Source of the DNA: Nonlabens ponticola
GTDB lineage: Bacteria > Bacteroidota > Bacteroidia > Flavobacteriales > Flavobacteriaceae
Reading direction: 5' to 3'
DNA: 32,000 nucleotides
Assembly (NCBI RefSeq): GCF_003966335.1
Contig: NZ_CP034549.1
Span: 1,290,001-1,322,000, forward strand
A program made the translations under genes and the position numbers. Positions within the stretch are counted from its first letter, which is position 1. Every line of letters starts with the position of its first letter. Of the stretch, positions 25,893 to 32,000 are shown one piece after another. The notes under the pieces are model-generated. The model saw only the letters and a program-made list of their open reading frames with translations, was not told where the DNA came from and ran no database searches.

Positions 25893-26840
25893 TTACTCGT
25901 CATAAATATTTTCATATCCCTTTTCTGGCACCTCAAAGAATTTACCGGTCACATATCTATAGTGACGATCTAATCCAGCGAGGTCTTTCATGTCCTGTTC
26001 GTCAAAATTTACCGCAGCACTGGCAATGTTGTCCTTAATATGTCCTTCACTGGTAGATTTAGGTATTACTGCCGTACCGCGCTGGTGCGACCATGCAATG
26101 AGAATTTGTCCTGGCTCTACATTATGCTTATCGGCTAGGGCTTTTACTGTCTCTAGCTCCAGCATGTTGGGTTCATTTTCCTGTTTCATACCATCAGATC
26201 TATCGCCGCTACCCAACGGTGAATAGGCAGTAAGATGGATCCCTTGTTTTGAGCAATACTCAAAAAGATCATTTTGTTGTAATAATGGATGCAATTCCAC
26301 TTGATTCATTTCAGGAACCTCGTTGGTTTTGGAAAGTAGATCCTTAAGCTTAGTAACAGAGAAGTTGGAGACACCTATGTGTTTTGCAAGTCCCTTGTTT
26401 TTGAGCTCAATCATCGCATTCCAGGTGTCTATCACTGGCGCTTCTTGTGGTGTTAGAAAATCTTTAGGACCTTCTGGATTCATCACATCTGGTTTGAATG
26501 CAACGGGCCAGTGCATCAAGTAAAGATCTAGATAATCCAGTTGCAGATCTTTCAATGTTTTTTCAATGGCAGGCTGTACATCTTTAGGTAAGTGTGAATT
26601 GTTCCACAATTTTGAAGTAATCCAGACATCCTCGCGTTTGATCTTGCCTTCACTGAAAACCTCTGCAAATGCCTCGCCTATTTCTGCCTCGTTGCCATAG
26701 ATCAATGCACAATCAATATGACGATATCCAGCGTCCAGTGCCATTTTTACAGCTTGTTTGACCTCTCCAGGTTTGGATTTCCATGTTCCTAATCCTATTG
26801 CGTCAAGCTCGTCGCCGTTCTTAAATTTTAATGTTTTCAT
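25893..26840 (-). CDS. Aldo/keto reductase family oxidoreductase
   Basis: GLGTWKS, GYRHIDCA, LDYLDLYLMHWP, IGVSNF and PKS...H motifs of the AKR family. Confidence 0.9.
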   Translation of the reverse strand: MKTLKFKNGDELDAIGLGTWKSKPGEVKQAVKMALDAGYRHIDCALIYGNEAEIGEAFAEVFSEGKIKREDVWITSKLWNNSHLPKDVQPAIEKTLKDLQLDYLDLYLMHWPVAFKPDVMNPEGPKDFLTPQEAPVIDTWNAMIELKNKGLAKHIGVSNFSVTKLKDLLSKTNEVPEMNQVELHPLLQQNDLFEYCSKQGIHLTAYSPLGSGDRSDGMKQENEPNMLELETVKALADKHNVEPGQILIAWSHQRGTAVIPKSTSEGHIKDNIASAAVNFDEQDMKDLAGLDRHYRYVTGKFFEVPEKGYENIYDE

Positions 26841-26860
26841 GAATTTTTTTTGACAAGTTA

Positions 26861-26879
26861 GCTTTCGCGAAAGCGTAAT
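26861..26879. repeat. Iterated palindrome copy 7 (GCTTTCGCGAAAGCGTAAT), intergenic
   Basis: Exact 14-nt core at 26861-26874. Lies 21 nt upstream of the reductase ATG (26840) and 100 nt downstream of the xerD stop, both on the minus strand. Confidence 0.95.
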
Positions 26880-26978
26880 CCCAATAATCCACCACCGTTT
26901 GACATAATTTTAATAGCAAATCAAAATGCAGGTTAACAGGTGAGCATCGCTATTCTGACTAATATTGTAAGAAACTAA

Positions 26979-27884
26979 TCACTCAAACGTGTTGCGAGGA
27001 TGGTGTTTTTGCAGCATTTCATGAAGGTAGGCGCGATCCATGTGTACATATATCTCAGTCGTTGTGATACTCTCATGACCTAGCATGAGTTGGATTGAGC
27101 GCAGGTCGGCGCCATTCTCTAATAAGTGTGTGGCAAATGAATGCCTGAATGTATGCGGGCTTACTTTTTTCTTGATTCCAGCCGTACGCTTTAGGTCTTT
27201 TACAATGGTAAAAATCATGGCTCTGGTAAGACCCGTGCCGCGACGATTCAAGAAAACCGTATCAGTATGTTGCGGTTGGATAGGTAAGTGTACGCGTACC
27301 TGATTCAAATAATCGTCCATAATTTTTATGGTGGAGGCTCCTATAGGTACAAAACGCTGTTTGTCACCTTTACCGGTTACTTTGATAAAACCATCTGGAA
27401 AAACCAGGTCGCTGATCTTGAGGTTAATCAATTCAGACACTCGCAGGCCGCAACTGTATAGCGTTTCTAGAATCACACGATTGCGCTCGCCATGAGCCGT
27501 AGATCGATCGATGGCGGCAATAAGTTGATCAATTTCTTGTGTACTCAAGGTATCTGGCAGCTTGCGTCCTAATCTGGGCGATTGAATAAGCTCCATAGGA
27601 TCGTCCTCTCTATAATCTTCTAGCATCAAGTAATTAAACAAACCTTTTAAACTGCTGATAGCGCGTGCTTGAGAACGTGGACTCACCGTTGCGGCTAGAT
27701 GATGAATAAATAGAATAAGCCCATCATGTTTAATGGTTTTGGGATCGTATCCAGATTCCTGTTGATCAATCCATTCTATGAATTTCTCAAGATCACGCCG
27801 GTAGGCAGCGATGGTATTTGCAGCCATACCGCGCTCTAATTGCAAGTAGATTTTATAGTCTGTGAGCGCTTGTTGCCAGGTCAT
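26979..27884 (-). CDS. xerD: Site-specific tyrosine recombinase XerD
   Basis: Full RHRY catalytic set in Xer-like context (ETLYSCGLRVSEL ... HTFRHSFATHLLENGADLRSIQLMLGHESITTTEIYVH). Housekeeping size (301 aa). Confidence 0.88.
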   Translation of the reverse strand: MTWQQALTDYKIYLQLERGMAANTIAAYRRDLEKFIEWIDQQESGYDPKTIKHDGLILFIHHLAATVSPRSQARAISSLKGLFNYLMLEDYREDDPMELIQSPRLGRKLPDTLSTQEIDQLIAAIDRSTAHGERNRVILETLYSCGLRVSELINLKISDLVFPDGFIKVTGKGDKQRFVPIGASTIKIMDDYLNQVRVHLPIQPQHTDTVFLNRRGTGLTRAMIFTIVKDLKRTAGIKKKVSPHTFRHSFATHLLENGADLRSIQLMLGHESITTTEIYVHMDRAYLHEMLQKHHPRNTFE

Positions 27885-28014
27885 GTTAAATGAGAACTAG
27901 CGTGAATTTACAATATGTCCACGCTAGATTCCTAATATTTCAAATCGTTAAAAATCATGTAAATTCTATCTGCAATCTTAGCGAATTTTTGGGATTGTGA
28001 TATTGTCGAGTGAA

Positions 28015-28022
28015 TAATTTTG
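28015..28022 (+). promoter_or_regulatory. Bacteroidota -7 promoter box (TAATTTTG)
   Basis: Exact TAnnTTTG match 21 nt upstream of the ATG at 28044. Confidence 0.4.
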
Positions 28023-28043
28023 CCGCAAATAAACATTCAAATT

Positions 28044-28643
28044 ATGAAAAAAGTATTTGTAACAGTAGCAATCGCTTTAGGTTTTATTTCAACGAGTATA
28101 GCTCAGGAAATTGACTTTGGAGTTCAGGTAGGGGCAAATTTTGCAAAATTATCTGGTGAAGATATTGAAGATGCAGATGGTCGTACAGGATTCAATGTGG
28201 GAATCACCGGTGAGGTTCAAACGTCTCAACAATTTGGAATTCTAGTGGGTGCGATTTACTCGCAGCAAGGACTTGATGGTGAGGTTTTTGGAGAAGAAGC
28301 TACCTTAAAGCTGGACTATATCAATGTTCCTGTGTTGGCAAAGTTTTATTTAGGAGGTTCAGGTCTGGCTCTCGAGGCAGGACCACAAATTGGTTTCCTT
28401 GTCAATGATGAAATCGAAGTTAATGGAACTGATTTTGATCAATCCATATTTGAAGCTCAAAATATCGACTTTAGTGCTGGTGGTGGCATGTCATACAAGT
28501 TTAAGGAAGGTACCACACTTGAAGGTCTTGCCTTTGGAGCACGTTATATGATTGGTCTAAATAATGTTTATGAAGACAACGAGACCTTTGATGATGATGT
28601 AACAAACTCGGTTCTTTCAATCAATTTAGGATACAAGTTCTAA
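28044..28643 (+). CDS. Outer-membrane beta-barrel (porin-family, OMP_b-brl_2-like) protein, paralog A
   Basis: Signal peptide MKKVFVTVAIALGFISTSIAQ, alternating strands and a terminal ...INLGYKF. The track start TTG 28020 is replaced by ATG 28044. Confidence 0.75.
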   Translation: MKKVFVTVAIALGFISTSIAQEIDFGVQVGANFAKLSGEDIEDADGRTGFNVGITGEVQTSQQFGILVGAIYSQQGLDGEVFGEEATLKLDYINVPVLAKFYLGGSGLALEAGPQIGFLVNDEIEVNGTDFDQSIFEAQNIDFSAGGGMSYKFKEGTTLEGLAFGARYMIGLNNVYEDNETFDDDVTNSVLSINLGYKF

Positions 28644-28666
28644 CAACTGAAATCAAACTTTTTATT

Positions 28667-28696
28667 AAAGCCGCTCTTCTAGAGCGGCTTTTTTTA
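28667..28696 (+). terminator. Rho-independent terminator
   Basis: AAAGCCGCTCT-TCT-AGAGCGGCTTT followed by a T-run. Confidence 0.8.
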
Positions 28697-28848
28697 TCAT
28701 TTGATAATTCTATTTGAGCTTTGAAAGAAGTTCAGCTTTTTGTAGCTAATTCATTGAGAATAGATGTAAGATATTCTTAATAGTATTGTAAACCGTAGTG
28801 AAAGATTTTTGTAAAATGATCATATTGCAACTTTAAACTTTATAAGTC

Positions 28849-29448
28849 ATGCGTGTTACTATTCTACTTTCCGTTTTGTTTATTTCATCTCTTTGCCATG
28901 CTCAATTGTCTGGTGATGTGACTGTGACGCCATTTATAGGTATTTCTAATAGTGTATTTGCCTCGAGCGCTGATGTTGATTACAAGTCACAACAAGGAAT
29001 ATCTGCAGGTATTACGGGTAATTACTTCCTGTCAGAAAGTTGGAGTTTGAGAACAGGAGTAATGTACACTTCTATGGGTGGTGAAGAAAAGGCCACTGGA
29101 CGCGAGGAGCGATTGGGATACATTGCTGTTCCTGTAAACATTAGTTTGCACGTCACTAAATACAAGGATTTATCATTCAACTTTGGACCTATGTTTCTTT
29201 TTAACACTGCCTCTGAAGAAATGAGGAGTGACAACAATGAAGTAGAACAAGACTTTATCACTAACGATTACGATTTTGGTGTCAATCTTGGAGTAGGTTA
29301 TCGCATACCTCTTGACGATAGGTTTGATTTATATTTTGACGCCCAAGGTTATGCTGGGTTTATTGATGTTTATGATAATGTCAATGAATTGTTTGAGGTG
29401 CGCAATTTTGCTGTAGCAGTGCATGTTGGCACCCGTATAAAATTATAA
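28849..29448 (+). CDS. Outer-membrane beta-barrel protein, paralog B
   Basis: Signal peptide MRVTILLSVLFISSLCHAQ. Shares SWSLRTGVMYTSMGG / YIAVPVN / GVGYRIPL blocks with paralog C. Confidence 0.75.
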   Translation: MRVTILLSVLFISSLCHAQLSGDVTVTPFIGISNSVFASSADVDYKSQQGISAGITGNYFLSESWSLRTGVMYTSMGGEEKATGREERLGYIAVPVNISLHVTKYKDLSFNFGPMFLFNTASEEMRSDNNEVEQDFITNDYDFGVNLGVGYRIPLDDRFDLYFDAQGYAGFIDVYDNVNELFEVRNFAVAVHVGTRIKL

Positions 29449-29468
29449 CTAAGCACGCGATTTTGCTG

Positions 29469-29492
29469 ATTACGCTTTCGCGAAAGCGTAAT
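29469..29492. repeat. Iterated palindrome copy 8, full 24-nt perfect palindrome ATTACGCTTTCGCGAAAGCGTAAT, intergenic
   Basis: Perfect 24-nt inverted repeat, 21 nt after the stop of OMP paralog B and 74 nt before the ATG of paralog C. Confidence 0.95.
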
Positions 29493-29565
29493 TGAAAATC
29501 ATATTCTCATATCATCATGATGAATGGTTTTATGCTACTTTAGCACCTTTTTAAAACCAACCATT

Positions 29566-30174
29566 ATGAAAACAACTATTACCACATTACTTTTATTATT
29601 AGCAGGTGTCACATTGAATGCGCAGGCAAACGACAAGGGAGACATCACGATTGCACCGCTTTTGGGAGTAGCATTTAGCACCTATTCATCTAGTGAAGAC
29701 GTCAGTTTTGACGCTCGTACCGCAATAGCTGCTGGCGCGACTGTTGACTTTTATTTAAGTGATAGATGGAGCCTTAGATCTGGTCTTTCATATGCACCTT
29801 ACGGTGCCGAGGATGATTTTGGCAATGTTGACAAAATCAATTATTTGAAAATCCCATTAAATGCTAACTGGCATTTTGGAGGTAAGCGCAATTGGTATTT
29901 GAATTTTGGTTTCTCAGCAAATGTCCTGTTAAATGCGAAAGGTGAACTAGAAGATGGTCAAGAAATTGACCTTGAAGATTTTATTGAACCATTTGATCTG
30001 GGTCTTGATCTAGGTATAGGATACAAGTTTTACATTAGTGAGGACGTGCAATTCTACGGTGAGTATCAGGGTTACACAGGGTTCTTAAATCTTCTCGACG
30101 TCGGGCCAGATGTAGATGTAGAGTTGCGTAATGCAGCGTCAATTTTCAATGTAGGTGTGATACTCAAGTTATAA
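29566..30174 (+). CDS. Outer-membrane beta-barrel protein, paralog C
   Basis: Signal peptide MKTTITTLLLLLAGVTLNAQ. Contains RWSLRSGLSYAPYG / YLKIPLN / GIGYKF blocks. ATG 29566 is preferred to the track start 29524. Confidence 0.75.
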   Translation: MKTTITTLLLLLAGVTLNAQANDKGDITIAPLLGVAFSTYSSSEDVSFDARTAIAAGATVDFYLSDRWSLRSGLSYAPYGAEDDFGNVDKINYLKIPLNANWHFGGKRNWYLNFGFSANVLLNAKGELEDGQEIDLEDFIEPFDLGLDLGIGYKFYISEDVQFYGEYQGYTGFLNLLDVGPDVDVELRNAASIFNVGVILKL

Positions 30175-30217
30175 GAGGCCTTAAAGAACCATATTTTAGC
30201 TTTCAAATAAGATTACT

Positions 30218-30649
30218 ATGAAACTACTTATCATAAACGGTCCCAACCTTAATTTGCTAGGGAAACGAGAGCCTGACGTATACGGTAATAAAAGCTTTGA
30301 TGACTTTTTTGCTGACTTGCAGTTTCATTTTAAGGATATCGAGCTTGCCATGTTTCAATCCAATATTGAAGGTGAATTGGTCGACGAGCTGCAACAGGCA
30401 AGCGAGAGAGGATTTCATGGCATTGTACTCAATCCTGCCGCTTACACGCACACATCAATCGCGGTAGCAGATGCTGTCGCGGCAATTAGCATACCCGTGG
30501 TCGAGGTGCATATCTCAAATGTGATGGATCGCGAACGAATAAGACACACTTCGTACGTCTCAAAAAATGCCAGTGGAACCATCTCTGGTTTTGGCCTGGA
30601 CGGTTACAAGTTAGCCATACAAGGACTCAAACAGCAATTGAAAGCTTAA
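30218..30649 (+). CDS. aroQ: Type II 3-dehydroquinate dehydratase
   Basis: MKLLIINGPNLNLLGKREPDVYG ... NPAAYTHTSIA ... EVHISN are canonical AroQ motifs. Confidence 0.93.
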   Translation: MKLLIINGPNLNLLGKREPDVYGNKSFDDFFADLQFHFKDIELAMFQSNIEGELVDELQQASERGFHGIVLNPAAYTHTSIAVADAVAAISIPVVEVHISNVMDRERIRHTSYVSKNASGTISGFGLDGYKLAIQGLKQQLKA

Positions 30650-30671
30650 TTGCCAATAACTTTTACGAATA

Positions 30672-30707
30672 AAAAAAGCCCTTTTTGAAATATCAAAAAG
30701 GGCTTTT
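30672..30707. terminator. Bidirectional Rho-independent terminator
   Basis: 12-bp stem AGCCCTTTTTGA-AATA-TCAAAAAGGGCT flanked by A and T runs, between the convergent stops at 30649 and 30727. Confidence 0.8.
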
Positions 30708-30726
30708 CATTTTGAGTAATCGCAAC

Positions 30727-31074
30727 TTATAGTCCAGGATAGTTACCTGTCAAAATATCAATCAAGTCGATAATTGCCCAGATGCCTAATCCACCAAAAG
30801 TTAGGATATATAAAATGTTCCAACCTACAGGGCTGCCTAAGTACCATCTGTGTCCAGCAACGAAGCCAAGGAAAAACCACAATACTGTAGCGATAGTTTG
30901 ACTTTCTTCCCACACCACAGCGGCTGGAGATGATAATACAGTTGTTGTTTCTTCTACAGCAGTTTCTACATTTATAGTAGTCACCACATTGCGCTCCACA
31001 GGAAAGGAAGCATAACTGATAGAGCTGATAAGCATGAAGATACTTACTACAGCAAGTGTAAAGTTTGATTTCAT
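30727..31074 (-). CDS. TM2 domain-containing membrane protein
   Basis: Signal/anchor helix followed by GFVAGHRWYLGSPVGWNILYILTFGGLGIWAIIDLIDI, the TM2 two-helix pattern. Confidence 0.7.
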   Translation of the reverse strand: MKSNFTLAVVSIFMLISSISYASFPVERNVVTTINVETAVEETTTVLSSPAAVVWEESQTIATVLWFFLGFVAGHRWYLGSPVGWNILYILTFGGLGIWAIIDLIDILTGNYPGL

Positions 31075-31120
31075 AAAAAGGTTTGTTTGTTAGTTATCTT
31101 TACCAAATATACCCAAATTA

Positions 31121-31999
31121 ATGAAAAGCCTTACAACGTTTCTTTTGCTTTTTAACATGCTCGCGGCGACCTCTCAAACTGTTGAATACAGCGGTTTAAT
31201 AGCCTTACCAGACAGCACATTCATAACGTACAAGGTGGATATTATAGAAAATGATGGCTATATTTCTGGATATTCCTACACAGATCTCAATGGTCCTCAT
31301 GAGAGCAAGAATAGTATTGTCGGTCGCTATGATGATAAATCAAATCATCTAGAATTTAGAGAAGTTGATTTGATCTATACCAAGTCGCCCATCGACGAGC
31401 TGGATTTTTGCTACGTCTACTACAGTGGACAAATGCGTCGATTGAATGGTAAATCTAATCTTGAAGGCAACTTTAAAAGCTACTACGATGATCTGGAACC
31501 ATGCATCAATGGAGAACTCATGCTACAAAGTGCGGAAAAGGCAGAGCGCAAATTAGAAAAATTGAAACGTAAAATCGATAAGACATCAAGGATCGCAGAC
31601 AGTGTAAAGCAACGACTTAATGAAAGTTCATTCTTTAATGTCAATAAACGCCAAGGCTTAAAAGGAGGCGAGACGCTCAATGTCTTATGGAATAGTAAAG
31701 TAGCCTATCTTGAAATCTGGGATCCAGGAACGGTAGATGGTGATGCAATGTCCATTTCACTGAATGGAAAAACCCTAGAAAAAAGCTATGCACCTAAAAA
31801 GTCCAAGCGCAAAATACCATTGATTCTCGACAAGGATCAAAGTAAATTAACTCTTATCGCCTTGACAGAAGGAACTGAGCCACCCAACACTGCTCAAATC
31901 AGACTTACCGATGGAAACGGCAAAGAAATAAGCATGCTGTCCAGTTTTAAAGTAGGCGAGAAAGTTGAGGTAGTTTTCTACTTCAAAGACTTGAAATAA
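31121..31999 (+). CDS. Secreted hypothetical protein
   Basis: 292-aa ORF with signal peptide MKSLTTFLLLFNMLAATSQ, a central Lys-rich helix and no domain I recognise. Confidence 0.55.
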   Translation: MKSLTTFLLLFNMLAATSQTVEYSGLIALPDSTFITYKVDIIENDGYISGYSYTDLNGPHESKNSIVGRYDDKSNHLEFREVDLIYTKSPIDELDFCYVYYSGQMRRLNGKSNLEGNFKSYYDDLEPCINGELMLQSAEKAERKLEKLKRKIDKTSRIADSVKQRLNESSFFNVNKRQGLKGGETLNVLWNSKVAYLEIWDPGTVDGDAMSISLNGKTLEKSYAPKKSKRKIPLILDKDQSKLTLIALTEGTEPPNTAQIRLTDGNGKEISMLSSFKVGEKVEVVFYFKDLK

Positions 32000-32000
32000 A

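Noticed and set aside
26979-27884. The tyrosine recombinase could mark an integrated mobile element, with the adjacent OMP paralogs as cargo.
   Set aside because: The sequence and size fit housekeeping XerD. There are no flanking direct repeats, tRNA attachment site, excisionase, transfer or phage genes, and no obvious compositional change by eye. The OMP expansion is reported separately as a low-interest finding.
817-29492. The palindrome copies could be a CRISPR array, or merely restriction-modification (NruI-type TCGCGA) sites.
   Set aside because: Spacing is irregular at the kilobase scale and most copies are inside conserved genes, so this is not CRISPR. TCGCGA also occurs outside the palindrome (for example 7834-7839 and 7858-7863). 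A 6-bp site would not explain conservation of 14-24 nt. R-M pressure normally depletes rather than enriches a site.
1-32000. Searched for a defence island, toxin-antitoxin pairs, retron or DGR components, or a secondary-metabolite cluster as the promised novel system.
   Set aside because: No nuclease/ATPase/helicase combinations, reverse transcriptase, small overlapping toxin-antitoxin pairs or biosynthetic enzymes are present. Gene content is core metabolism, envelope and cell-division functions. The novelty candidates I can actually support are therefore the repeat family, the zapA-rny RNA and the uncharacterised membrane-protein clusters.

Overview
This window reads as a chromosomal, mostly housekeeping segment of an AT-rich Bacteroidota genome. 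It looks Flavobacteriaceae-like: a T9SS C-terminal sorting domain, TAnnTTTG -7 promoter boxes, CCC-motif and DUF2752 membrane proteins, a TonB-dependent receptor with a carboxypeptidase-regulatory-like N-domain, and a zapA-rny neighbourhood. I support about 34 protein genes. They include an LPS-core cluster (TupA-like ATP-grasp, Kdo/LPS kinase-like, two GT2, one GT9) and dapD, ruvX, def, rlmD, rocD, a cysteine desulfurase, a TonB receptor, an M23 peptidase, zapA, rny, an aldo/keto reductase, xerD, three tandem OM beta-barrel paralogs and aroQ. I see no rRNA, tRNA, CRISPR array, IS element, prophage or recognisable defence genes. Three signals are not explained by ordinary annotation. (1) The perfect palindrome GCTTTCGCGAAAGC, extended in some copies to the 24-nt ATTACGCTTTCGCGAAAGCGTAAT, occurs 8 times plus 1 degenerate copy. 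It lies in frame inside five unrelated genes and also in intergenic spacers. One copy is split at its centre by a nested GC-rich hairpin. (2) A ~165-nt ORF-free, rod-like structured segment lies between zapA and rny. It is closed by a long-range helix and a T-run, and I call it a candidate 6S-like RNA. (3) A tightly packed minus-strand cluster encodes a T9SS cargo protein, a DUF2752 protein and three tandem CCC-motif membrane paralogs of unknown function. All family assignments come from reading the translations by eye. No database search was run.
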